Of a DNA stretch of 64,000 nucleotides, positions 38,812-50,587 are shown piece after piece. The notes beneath the pieces were generated by a model. The model did not search any database. It was not told the origin of the DNA and was given only the letters and a program-made list of their open reading frames with translations. Position numbers and translations under genes: made by a program. The DNA is from Fistulifera solaris (taxonomy: Eukaryota), in NCBI GenBank assembly GCA_030295235.1, contig AP026179.1, forward strand, positions 124,001-188,000. The letters run 5' to 3'. Within the stretch, counting starts at the first letter, position 1; each line of letters opens with the position of its first letter.

Positions 38812-41781
38812 ATGGCTCCCTGGAACCCCACTGTGTCCGTCGGGGCAAGTAACGATCGCATGATACCCGGCAAATCTATCTCCGATCGTGAAACCGAAGC
38901 AGAATGGATTCGGGATAAAGCAAGTTTGTTGCGCGCCAGGAGCGCGGAAGGGAGCGAAATGGTCGATCCTTCCCGGGGTGTCAGCTGGGCGGCTCGACAG
39001 GAAAAAGAAAACATGCTACAGAAATTTCATTGCGTCGCCAAGCGCTTGACGTCTTCGGATACAACCAAAAGTGCTGCTAGTAAAGAAACGAAAAGTCGTG
39101 CCAACGCGGCATCTATCGCACTTCACGATTTATGCGTCGAGGCGAATTCTAAGGATGACATGGCCTGGAGGAATGCTGTCACATTGTTGGCAAAGGAACC
39201 AGAACTGGCTCAACTGCGTACTCCGGAAGGATGGACTCCACTGCACATATGCTGCATGGGTCCTGTTCCCTTATTTATGATCCGTTGCTTGCTGTACGCT
39301 TACGCACCGGCTTTGGCAGCAGTCGATGAAAACGGGCGTTTGCCTCTGCACATGCTCTGCGCCAGTCCTTACTGCGATCTGGAAATCTTGCAACTCATTG
39401 TTGAAGAATATCCCGCCGCATTAAGTACCAAAGATCATCCAGGAATCATTCCTCTTCATTTGTTCCTCCGCAACACGGCTGTTGAATGCATCACGGAGCG
39501 GATTCGCATTCTGCTGGGATGGACTCTCTCAACGACGGCCACCGAACACGAAGCCCCTGCCAAGTTTCGTAAGGGACAGCATTTGCAGGTGAATGTAGCC
39601 ACTTTGGAAGGGTGGAGGACCCGATCACGTCCCGTGACACAAATCAACCGAACATCTGCAGAACTTGACAACGTAACACCAGACGTACAAGCTGCGGTAC
39701 GACAGTTAGCACCTCTGTATGTATCGGCAACCGAAGCTTCGTTTATCAACCCAGCTGCCATTCCTGATCCTTTTGAGCAACTTCCATTGCATATATTGGT
39801 CCATCGAGCAATTATTCTGCGGCAGCCACTGGATTCACGTTACGCCGCCCAGTATCAGTACGACACTTCTGATGGACAACCAAGCCCTTCGGTACCACAT
39901 GTGATAATTGCTTTGAGAATTCTCATCTGCGCTTACCCTGACGCTCTACTTTGTTGCAACGGTTCGGGGCATACGCCGCTTTCCGCTGTCTTGGCGCAGT
40001 CTTCAATAGCGCCAAGCGCTGAAATCATTGAATATCTCACAGGGACACGCTTGCAGCTTGAACAAATTCCAGCTTGGGCGCATGATTTGCCTCTGGCACG
40101 CGATTCACCTGCTACAATCACTTCGGAGCAATTGCAATTGCCACTTCATATTGCTGCCGAGAGATGGGTGGACCATGTTGAAATCATCAGGTCGGTTAAA
40201 GAAGCATATCCAGCAGCTATTCAGCAAAAAAGATGCAAAGGGGAGAACACCACTTCACCGCTGCTTAGAGAGCCGTCAGACCCCTGTTTCCGTAGATGCG
40301 ATCGAGTTGTTGTGTAATGACAACGTTGCCTCGCTCCAGGACGACCGCGGTCGCACTCCATTGCAATTGCTGAGGGAAACGAAGCAATTTCCTTATCACG
40401 GAGTATCATCGAGTATTTACCGGCGTCTCATCGATGCTTCACCGGTCGAAGATCCCCATCAATTGGCTATATTGCCACCTTGGTTGCGAAGTCAAGCATG
40501 TAGCTCTCCAGCCGTTCAAGCTTACGTCCTTCAAGCCTTGTCGCATCCTGTATTGTGCAGTTTCATCCTTCTTGATGGACTAATGTTAGTCGGAATCATT
40601 GTCGTCCTCCGCCTTCAATTAAATGACTATTTTGATTCGTCTGAGACGACGACTTCATGGTATACATACGCCGTGTATGGGACTGCGTCCTTCCGGTTGA
40701 TGCTTCAAGCAGTTGTCCTGGCTTTGCAAGGCGGGGTTTCAGCATTAAGGTTTTGGTCCCTTACTAGCGTCATCGCAATGTTATCTGCTTTGGCCACTTC
40801 CGCATTAATGGACGGAACTGTTGAAGAAGAGATTATCTTGCAAGTTGGCACCGCAAGCTCTGGACTGCTTTGGTTAGCCACGATCGGTTACTTGAGCACA
40901 TGGTGGTACAACATGGCACTCTTCACTGGATCCTTTTGCAGGTAAGAAATTGTCTTTGCAATCAGTGATGAAAGAGTTTGAGATTCTTACTTCTCTCGTG
41001 AACACAGATGGCAAACACTCTGTTTTGGGCCGTTGTGGTAGTAGGTATAATATGTGTGGCAGGTTCGCAAATGTTTTCTACGTTCTTGCTTCTTGAATGT
41101 GATACGGCTATCCCAGGTACCTCCTTTTGCACAGCAAAAGGATCTTTCCGTTTTGTCTACGCGCTGATGCGGGGCGAGATACCACAAGAGGGAGAAGAGT
41201 GGTCCAAGGATGCAGTCACTTTGACTTCTGCACTTCTAGTGCTAGGTATTCTTTGGGTTGCCGCTGTGTTACTTAATGTTGTGATGGTCGCCTTGCGCAT
41301 AGATTCAGACGAAGTTGCACTAAAAGCATTCTGGGAGCCTCAACTTGCGAAAGTGTTGGCGATCGGTTTGCCGCACCGACAAATTGATGCATTTTGTCCC
41401 ATGGAACGATTATGGAATATGCTAACCAACCAACGTGAAGACGATGACAACGAAAGCAAAGTCTCGAACAAATTCAATGCGTTAACGAAGTGGGCGTTGG
41501 GCATTTTCTTAGTTCCACTTTGGATCCTAGCTGGTGTGGTAACGTTGGGATGGCTCTGGCCTCCTCAAGTTAGAGAATGGCTATTTCGTCCTCAAGGCTT
41601 TCATAAGACATCCCGCCCAACAGGTCATAATACCCCGACTAGTCAACTCAGTCATGAGGTCCGACTTGTGAAAATGATGACCTACGATAGGGCTATGGAC
41701 CTCGAACGTGAGCTAAAGAATTTACGTGAGCTTGTGAAGAGCAAAAGCTCGCAAGTGGGAGAAAATAGCCAGCCACCTTAG
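38812..41781 (+). CDS. Ankyrin-repeat protein with a multi-pass membrane domain (TRP-channel-like architecture)
   Basis: GWTPLH, GRLPLH, GIIPLH, GHTPL, GRTPLH repeats, then ~6-7 hydrophobic helices and a C-terminal coil. Frameshift near 40230; intron ~40942-41007. Confidence 0.72.
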
Positions 41782-42057
41782 TGGAAGCTCAATCTTTGCT
41801 GTCTTTGATTAAGAATTGAGCACTGCCAGCGAAACTCGATCACGTGCCTCCCGTCATCGGGCGTGTAGTGTAAACTGGTCTTCGAGAAAAAATGCTGCTT
41901 CCATTGCCTCTCTTATTGTATGTTGCATGTAATAATAGCGTTGAAGCGTCTCCTGGAATTATAGCTAGTCAAAGTAAAATAACGTCAACGCTATCACATA
42001 CCAAACACCATTATGATTCATTTCGTTGCAATTTCTTATAATCTTATTTATCGTTGT

Positions 42058-45036
42058 TTAAAGCTTGTCCAAATACTTGCTGATCTCGGGCACACCTTCA
42101 GCAAGACCCTTGCGCTTACGAACGTTGAGTACAACTTCCTTGGTCTTGGTGCCTTCATCGTAGGGGCTTCCGGACATGGGCTCCCAGTGATCGAACGAAC
42201 ACTGCGGGAAAGCCTTTCCACCCGTGTTGGAACGCAAGTCAGCAGTGAAACCGAACGACTCCATGACGGGCAAGTAGGCCAAGAGGGTCATCATTGGCGT
42301 ACCAGGTCGCTGTTCCTCGGTAAAGACGTGACCACGACGGCGGGTGAGCACACCGTACACGTTACCCATGGCATCTTGAGGGACCGAGATACTGCAGAGG
42401 TAAACGGGCTCCAAAAGTCCAGGACCTCCGGTCATCATACTCGAGAAGCAAACACGACGAGCGGTAGGCATGATTTGTCCCATACCACGGTGGATGGCAT
42501 CGGCGTGCAATACAACATCCATGAGGTTGAAACGGCAACCACGCATTTGTTCGTCACATAGAGGACCGTTTTGCGTGGCCCAGGCGAAACCACCAACCAC
42601 AGACTCCTTGATTTCCATCAAGTAGTTCACACCCTTGGTGGTGTCGACGAACATATTGGGACCAGTTCCTTCGGGACCGAAGGCCCAAATCTTTCGGGCT
42701 TCCGTCACATCCCAACCGAAATCATCGGCCAACTGACGTCCCAAAATCTTGGCTTCCGTTCCGGCCTTGACTTCACCATCGTCAATGGCCTTGCAAAGCT
42801 CAGCGGAGAGAGGCGCGGCGGTGACAAACAGACGGTTGTGCTTGTTCGCCGACTTGGCCAAACATACCTGATCGGAATCGGCAGTGCATGTTTCACGGAA
42901 TGACACGACGGGGTCGCTGACCTTAACTTCGGTTCCCATGAAATCATTCTGCAAATCTTGCAAGCAAATTTCGAGGTGCAATTCACCCGAAGCAGCGATA
43001 ATGTGCTCACCGGATTCTTCGGTGTAACACAACACCATGGGATCCGACTTGGCCAGTCGCTTCATGCCTTCCACGAGTTTGGGCAAATCGGCCGAGTTCT
43101 TGGGTTCAACAGCGCAACGGACGACGGGAGACACACTAAACTTCATCGACTTGATAGGGCAAGCATCTTCGGCCGTGGCAATGGTTCCGCATTTGAGCAA
43201 GTATTGATCCACTCCGACCAACGCACAGGTGTTTCCAGCAGGCACATCGGCGACCTGTTCGGTGTAACGACCCATCATGATGACCGTACGCTGAATGTTC
43301 TTAACCCAGAGTTCCGACTTCTTTCCAGGAACGTAGTTGGCACCCATGATACGAACTTTCTGACCCGTGGCGATCTTTCCGGAGAAGACACGACCAAACG
43401 CATAGAAACGACCCTTATCGGAAGTGGGAACCATCTTGGAAATGTACATGCACAAAGGAGCATCCGGACTGGTGTCGCAAGTACGAATGGCAGTGGCCGT
43501 AGCATCATCGAGAGGTCCATCGTAGAGCGTCTCCACACGGTACTTCTGTGCCTGCGCCGGAGAAGGCAAGTGCAAGACAATCATCTCCAACACAGTGTCA
43601 CCGGCGGGAAGCCACTTTTGCATGACACGCTTCAAGAGCTGCTTGCCAACGAGTTCCTTCTCTTCACCCTTGAGTTCAACATCAATGGCCTTGAGCATCT
43701 TCTTGACCTTTCCGTGCTTCTCGGACATGATAGCCTCAAAGAGGGTGGTGATGGGAGTCGCAATGAACTGACAAAAAGCACGTTCAAGAGTACCTCCCTT
43801 GTCGGAAGTGGTCCATACTTTCCGTCCGGCATCAAAATACCAGTCACCCCACAATTTTTCCATCATTTTCTCTTCTCCGACACCAAACTTCTCACCATAG
43901 TCAATGGCGAATCGCTTGAGCGTGAACGCCCACTGGTGCAAACCACTACCAAAGGCTACCGTTCCCTTGGTGGGGTGAACTTGAAGATCACCCAAGGACT
44001 CGTCATTGTAGGTCGCCACAATCACATTGACGGACTCAATGGAACGGCAAAAGGCCTGGTACAACTCTTCGGCGGGCAATTGGAGTTCGAGCAAGGCACG
44101 ATCGACCTTGTTGACCATGAGTACGGGCTTGACACGTTCCGAAATGGCTTGACGCAAGACGGTTTCGGTCTGCACGCACACACCATCAATGGTATCCACC
44201 ACCACGAGGGCACCATCGGTAACACGCAAGGCGGCCGTGACTTCGGACGAAAAGTCGACGTGACCGGGACTGTCAATCAAGTTGATCAAGTAGGAGTTCT
44301 CACTGATTCGAACATTTCCTTCGGCGGCCGCCTTGTCTTCCAATTCCTTGGTACGTGCCGCTTCTTCTTCTTCGGTCATACCGGCCGGCTTGCCGGTCTT
44401 CATATCGTACTCAAAGAACATACTGATACCGGTAGACTTGATGGTAATACCACGTTCGGCTTCATCGGCACGGGTATCGGTGTATCGGGCTCCACCGGCG
44501 GCTTTGGAACTGATAATACCGGCCTTTTGGACCAAACTATCCGTGAGGGTGGTCTTTCCGTGATCGACGTGCGCAATCACGGACATACTGCGAATGTTGT
44601 GCTTCAAGTCCATGATGGACCGCATCTGGTCTACGGAAAAGTTCACCTATAAAGAGAGAGAGAGAGAGATAAAAACGCATGTGTGTGAGTTCTACTGCGG
44701 ATCGAGAAACAAAAGAACGAAGCTACACTTTGCAGGGCCAGCGAGATCCGAGATCATCCCACAAGGACTCTCTTTTAAGGTCGTTCTTCCTCTTTAAGCC
44801 ATCAATACACATCCACGAATCGAACGAAGGCTCTTTTCCTTGTCGAAACGCATTGAATTGGCTCGATTTCTGCCCGAAAGACACTCCTTTGACACCCTCT
44901 GCACGACCGTTCCTCGGGTACACGTTTCTACATAAGATTCGCGTCCGAGATTCCTAAATCTTTGACACGAAATAACTTCATGCCTTCTGTTCTCCCCCAG
45001 GCTTTTCTTTGTTCCAAAAGATAAAATACTCACCAT
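42058..45036 (-). CDS. EEF2: Eukaryotic translation elongation factor 2
   Basis: [29 protein letters not shown], diphthamide loop HADAIHRG. Exon 1 is ATG alone (45034-45036), followed by an intron GTGAGT...ATAG at 44647-45033, giving MVNFSVD. Confidence 0.98.
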
Positions 45037-45474
45037 GGTTGTATCGTTTTCTTTTTTATTTTCAACAAAATAACAATGAAACGGTTTTACAGCGTGTTAC
45101 TTTGTTTTACTGCAACGATCGAGTGTGTCTGCTGCTGATCGTCGCGGCTGCATGCTTTCGCGGTAGCCTGAAGAAAATCCTGCGGACGGAGAAGAATAGG
45201 TTATGAGTCTAGTAAGCAGCGGCTGGCAGTCCCCCTCTACTCTACCAGCTATAGAGAGTGAATGTGACATCCAAGCTTCGCGATCGATCGACTGACGTAG
45301 AACTTCGGTTTCCTGAGATCGTGGATACTAGGGAATGCATGCTCGGTGAAACGAAAAACTAAAGCGTTGACGTGCTCGTTTCTCCGATGCGATGGAGGCA
45401 ACAAAATCGTCTTCCAATAACCGAACGATCCAATTTAAGAACAGTACAACAAAACATTAGTATTAATATTATTA

Positions 45475-47808
45475 TTATTTGGATTCCACAAAGACAGCCT
45501 TGTATTTGTCTTGTACCACATTCCGTTTCACTTTATAGGATTGCGTCAAGAGACCATTCACCATGGCAAAGGGTTCCAACGTCAAGTGTACATCTCCCAC
45601 TTGTTCCCATTTGCGGAATTTCTTCGAGGTGACCTTTTGAATATCCGACAAGATGCGTTGTTTGAGTTCTCGATTGTTGACTAGTTTCTCAGATGCGCGA
45701 TTTAAAATCTCCAAAGCCTCCGCAGCATCTTCTGGACTGCATTTGGGATCATTGACTCGATCCGCTTGCTTTTGCAACGATTCGGATTCTGATGTATAGT
45801 CGGACAAAGCACTGGGCTTCAATACCACCACCGCCACGACGCGCCGCCCGTCTTGTCCCGTCAACATGATTTGATCAATAAGTTCACATTGTCCCAAAAT
45901 AGCATCTTCGATCGGCGTTGGTTCAATGTTCTCTCCATTGCTCAACACAATGGTGTCTTTCGCACGACCCGTCAGAATCAAATCGCCCGTTGCGGGATTG
46001 ATGCGTCCCAAATCACCAGTATCAAACCATCCTTTCTCATTCAACACCGCTGCCGTCGCTTCCGGATTCTTGTAATACCCCCGCATTATTTGCGGACCAC
46101 GGCCCCAAATAATACCCGGTTCTCCAATTTTCACCGGCTTTTTGGTATCCGGATCCACAATTTGAATTTCGGTATATTGACAGGGATGTCCCGCACAACC
46201 GGCCGTGACTAAATTCGCATCCGAGCGTCGATACGACAGCAACGGTGCACATTCGGTCAAACCGTATCCAACACAAACGGTCATACCCGCCGCTTGATAA
46301 AATTCTTCCAAGGACCCCGCCAGGGCACTGCCACCACTAATCACAGTCTTGACACGTCCACCGAAACCATCCAATACTTTGGACCATACCAATTTGTTCC
46401 CCACGGCTTGCAACGGTTTCAAGAACGTCACTATCAAACGCGACGCCAATTGTTCGAGGACACCGGGCGTTTCTTCGCCCACGACCAATCCGCGTAAACG
46501 CGCTTCATGTCGATGAAACGTCTTACTGACGTGTGTAAAGAATTGGGATAAGACTTTGACGGCGACACTTCCGGAACTAAATTTGTCTTGCACACCGAGC
46601 GCAATTTTCTCCAACACGCGCGGTACCAAGACCAACCACTGCGGTTGATGTTGCGCCAAATCTTGTTTGAAGGTCCGAATGGAACTATACACAATGGCAC
46701 AACCCCGACTGGCCATCCACAATTCAAAGGATCGTTCGGTAATATGCCAAATCGGTAACAAACTCAACATACAATCTCCTGGGAACGGTTCTTGGGAAGG
46801 CGACTGGGACAAACGATGCGAGGTTTGATGCAACAAATTGCCGTGCGACAACATGACGCCTTTCGGATGTCCCGTTGTGCCACTCGTGTACACGATAGTG
46901 GCTAGATCGTCGCGTTTCACCGTCGGGAGTTGCATCAAGGGATCTGTTTTTGCCAACAAGTCGGGAAAGAAATACACTTCCACACCAGCTTGTTGCGCCA
47001 ATTGTTGAATCTCGTCGTCGGAATGTTTTTCTCGATGCAACAACAAGATCGTCTTTACGGGTCCATGCGCTTGATTCCACAATCCCAGTGGCTTGTTGGG
47101 TGTCGAAAATTTCATCAAGGCCTTGAATAATTTCGGTCCCTGCAAGACAGCCAATTGTTTGGAATCCGAATGTTCATAAATGTACTGCAATTCTTCCAAG
47201 GGTGCATCGGCACCCCGAACAGCCGAAACGCCTCCTAGTAACTGCAAACCTTGATCGGCAATCAACCAATGTGCCGCATTTTCGGCCAAAAATGCCACCT
47301 TGTCGTGTTTTCGAATGCCGCATTGTTGAAATACGGCGGCACTTTTTTGTACGAACGCCGCCATTTGTTGAAAATTACAATCGACCGCCGGTTCCGTCCA
47401 ACGTTCATCGAATACCGCGCGATATTCTGGCACTACTTGTGCCAACGCTGACCACAAGGCTGGACAAGAGGAAATGGATTCACGGATTGTTTGCAATTTG
47501 GCTACAACCGGGTCTTGTCGCGGTTGTGGATTGTTATTCTTGTTATTGTTGTTATTGTTGTGGTTGTGGTTATAATTATTCAAGACATTCCCAAAGACAT
47601 CAGTCGAACGACGATAATCTGACATTGCTGTATCGTCACCAAATAGTATTTCTTCCTCAACTTCCGTCAACGTTTCTTTTGTAGGAGGAGTTGTCGCTCG
47701 TGACAATGTCAGTGACAAGACTTGTTTGTTGGAGTGAGGAAGAACCGGAATGAACGCCGTTGTCGTTAGCAGAGGAACGAAAAGGCAACAACAAAGTAAT
47801 CGTATCAT
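45475..47808 (-). CDS. Long-chain acyl-CoA/acyl-ACP synthetase (AMP-binding, AAE15/Aas-like), plastid-targeted
   Basis: YTSGTTGHPKG, GYGLTE, GWFDTGD, GRAKDTIVLSNGENIEP. Presequence MIRLLCCCLFVPLLTTTA-FIP. Confidence 0.9.
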   Translation of the reverse strand: MIRLLCCCLFVPLLTTTAFIPVLPHSNKQVLSLTLSRATTPPTKETLTEVEEEILFGDDTAMSDYRRSTDVFGNVLNNYNHNHNNNNNNKNNNPQPRQDPVVAKLQTIRESISSCPALWSALAQVVPEYRAVFDERWTEPAVDCNFQQMAAFVQKSAAVFQQCGIRKHDKVAFLAENAAHWLIADQGLQLLGGVSAVRGADAPLEELQYIYEHSDSKQLAVLQGPKLFKALMKFSTPNKPLGLWNQAHGPVKTILLLHREKHSDDEIQQLAQQAGVEVYFFPDLLAKTDPLMQLPTVKRDDLATIVYTSGTTGHPKGVMLSHGNLLHQTSHRLSQSPSQEPFPGDCMLSLLPIWHITERSFELWMASRGCAIVYSSIRTFKQDLAQHQPQWLVLVPRVLEKIALGVQDKFSSGSVAVKVLSQFFTHVSKTFHRHEARLRGLVVGEETPGVLEQLASRLIVTFLKPLQAVGNKLVWSKVLDGFGGRVKTVISGGSALAGSLEEFYQAAGMTVCVGYGLTECAPLLSYRRSDANLVTAGCAGHPCQYTEIQIVDPDTKKPVKIGEPGIIWGRGPQIMRGYYKNPEATAAVLNEKGWFDTGDLGRINPATGDLILTGRAKDTIVLSNGENIEPTPIEDAILGQCELIDQIMLTGQDGRRVVAVVVLKPSALSDYTSESESLQKQADRVNDPKCSPEDAAEALEILNRASEKLVNNRELKQRILSDIQKVTSKKFRKWEQVGDVHLTLEPFAMVNGLLTQSYKVKRNVVQDKYKAVFVESK

Positions 47809-48147
47809 TTTTTGGGTATGTTTGTTTGTAAAAGTCAAGTAAGTAAAATATAGTGAGAGTAAAGAAAAATAAAATAGAGAATTGAGAAGAGATACGGAGT
47901 ACCAGGTAATAAAAAAAGGATTGAAATCTCCCCTCCAACATCATCATCATCATGATGATCCGTTTTTTACAAAAATCAATCCTTCAAAATAATTTTCAAT
48001 CCTTCAATCCTACGTCCCACTTCAACGTCGTTCGGACCTTGGACAGACTACGCAACGACGTACAGCAGATCAGACACAAGCGCGCGCGTGACCTCGTCTT
48101 TAGGTACCTCGTACCTCGTTTCGTCTCATCTCTCCATTTCCCACTTC

Positions 48148-48168
48148 GAGAGAGAGAGAGAGAGAGAG
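48148..48168. repeat. (GA)n microsatellite
   Basis: About 10 GA units; a similar run lies at 44654-44669. Confidence 0.8.
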
Positions 48169-49168
48169 CGCGCGGCCTCCGCCCACCGAGAAAATACAAA
48201 GTAGACACGAAGAAAAACTACACTTTCAAACGAATGGACGTTAAAATTCTGCCTCTTAGTACAAGATTCTACGTAGCATCCACGACGAGGCAGAATTTTA
48301 ACGCCATTCCCTGGACTATATAATAATAATATAGAATTGATCGTGAAGAGAGAATGATTGAATGATTTGCAAACTTATACCTACCATGTACCTCATTGGG
48401 AACAGGACAATGTTACGTGCTACGTGTATTGATTATTGAACCCGTATAGAGTATAGAGGCCGGCCCATGGATGAAGCCATCTGTCGAATAATTCTACGAT
48501 ATAGGGACGGTGCTTCGTTAGATTATGCAATCCGAAAACGACAATCTATGACGCTCGAGAAGCATAATCTTTTATTAGTCCGCAGTCCGCAGGGATATTC
48601 TCGTCATCGTGTCCTGAAAAAATGGATATTCGAGTAAGACACTGTCCGTCGAATTCTACGACAGAGGCGGGGGGGAGGGAAAAGGGGCAATTTTTCGCCA
48701 GACAAACTACTCCGAAAAAACAAAAGAAAAAATATAACGCTTTGTTGATAAGAACGAAGCCTCGGAACACCACCTTCGTTTCCATTTTAGGACGAGTACA
48801 ATACGGCTGTCAAATTCTACGTTAGCGACATTGGGTTCTGTCGCAAAACTATCCAGTCCGAAATACTGTCGCTCGTTTTCAAGGAGGAATCGTGTATCGT
48901 GTGCCCTGTCACATTATTGCCCTCCCTCGTTCGTCTTCATCAAATGGCATAATTCACTCACTCACACACAAAAAAAAACAGTTCGCAGGAATAAGATTGC
49001 TGGTTCGTTCTTTTCGCTTCGAGTTTCGTCATCTCAAGTGACAAAAAGTTCAACGATCCAACCTTTCGTCGATACACATAAAAAACGAACAGCACCCCCC
49101 GAAATGTATACCCCTTGCCTATTGGACAGAATTTTTTTATCATATTCCACACAGCAAGAAAAAGGACC

Positions 49169-49795
49169 ATGGAGGAGGACAGTTTGCCGGATCGAATGAA
49201 AGCCGTTGTTTTGTCAGGTGATGATGATGATACTATCCGACCACCACGAAGGAAACGGAAAAAGACATCACCTGTTGATAGCAATAAGCATGCGTATTAC
49301 CGGCAGTTGGTTGCGCAAGTTTTGGTTCGTTATCAAGAGGAACGATCGAACGACGCGAGTATGAAACGATCATTGCATATCTGCGACAATGATCGACAAA
49401 CGACACGAGCCCGTTCGACGAATCATCATCATTCGTTGCAGCAACCCGACAACAACAACAACGACGACGATGATCTTCCCAGCCAAAAATCCGCAATGAT
49501 CACGCTCAAAATTAATGAACACGATGTATTGTTTGGTCGTCGTTCGGTGCAACGCAATCATCCGGGAAATTTACGATTGCGAGAAATGTGTTGCAACCTG
49601 CAAGCCGATTACCGTGACAGCAATCGTTCGCAAAAGACGGCCATGACGTGGCGGATTGTACACACCATTCATGCGCGGGGCGGTCGATTTTTGAAAGAAG
49701 ACGAGGAAGACGTCTGGCGCGAAGTGAGTCCGGAAGTGGCGCGGGAGAAAGTAGCCTTTACGATCCGTGATTTGAATGTCTCCGAATGCCACTGA
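49169..49795 (+). CDS. DUF6824-like domain protein
   Basis: DVLFGRRSVQRNHPGNLRLR..KT..IVHTIHARGGRFLK..WREVSPEVAREKVAFTIRD. Confidence 0.78.
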   Translation: MEEDSLPDRMKAVVLSGDDDDTIRPPRRKRKKTSPVDSNKHAYYRQLVAQVLVRYQEERSNDASMKRSLHICDNDRQTTRARSTNHHHSLQQPDNNNNDDDDLPSQKSAMITLKINEHDVLFGRRSVQRNHPGNLRLREMCCNLQADYRDSNRSQKTAMTWRIVHTIHARGGRFLKEDEEDVWREVSPEVAREKVAFTIRDLNVSECH

Positions 49796-50587
49796 ATGAA
49801 AAAAATGCATGAAACTGAATGTGAATGAATAATGAATTGTAGCAATGCACAGAGAGACCGAAGAGGATCTGTGGCCATTCGTAGTGGCCTGTATGTAAAG
49901 ATCAGTCGGTAAGAAAATTTTGTAGCAGACGAGTGATTGCCCCTAGATCCGAGGCCACTGCACTTGATCGAATGAGGATGTCAAAGTTCGCGAATTTTTT
50001 AAATGTTTTTGAGAAAGATAAACCTGTCAATGTTGGTCTCATAAGATATAAGGCGACATATGTTTTGCGTCAATTTCTTTTGTCACTCATCCAAATGGAT
50101 TCCCCGGTTACCGGTATTCCGTTGTTGATGTTAGAAGAGAAGTGACTTCTTTGTAGGCATATTACTTCAAAACATAAGAAAATCGATGATTTTACAATGG
50201 ATTTGTGGAGTGCACGGTTTTGATTGGAAAAATGAGATGTGGTTCGTTTCGAGGCGCGCGATTTTCTCATTCCGCGAAATCGAGCGAAGCACAGACGAAA
50301 TGTCGGCACAAGCCTGTCACATGTCACCTGTTTGTCACCTGTGCGACACTCGTGAACCGAAAGAGACCATCAAAAAAAAAAAAAAACAGCCGACATGGAC
50401 ACTGCATGACAAGCAATATAAAAAACGACGAATCATTCATCATCATCATCATGAAAATGCTTCTGTTTCATTCAACTAGTATGTTACGGGTATTATCGGC
50501 TACGATTGTGACAACCAGGAAGGTGGCGTTCTCTAGCATGCAAAGTCAAGAAATATGCTCTCATGATTGATGATGATTCATCATTTT

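Noticed and set aside
42013..44652. Long antisense ORFs (564 aa and 182 aa) over eEF2
   Set aside because: Shadow frames expected from strong codon bias in a highly expressed gene; no protein-like motifs.
44647..45033. Intronic snoRNA in eEF2
   Set aside because: No canonical C box (RUGAUGA) paired with a CUGA D box on the sense strand; H/ACA cannot be judged by eye.
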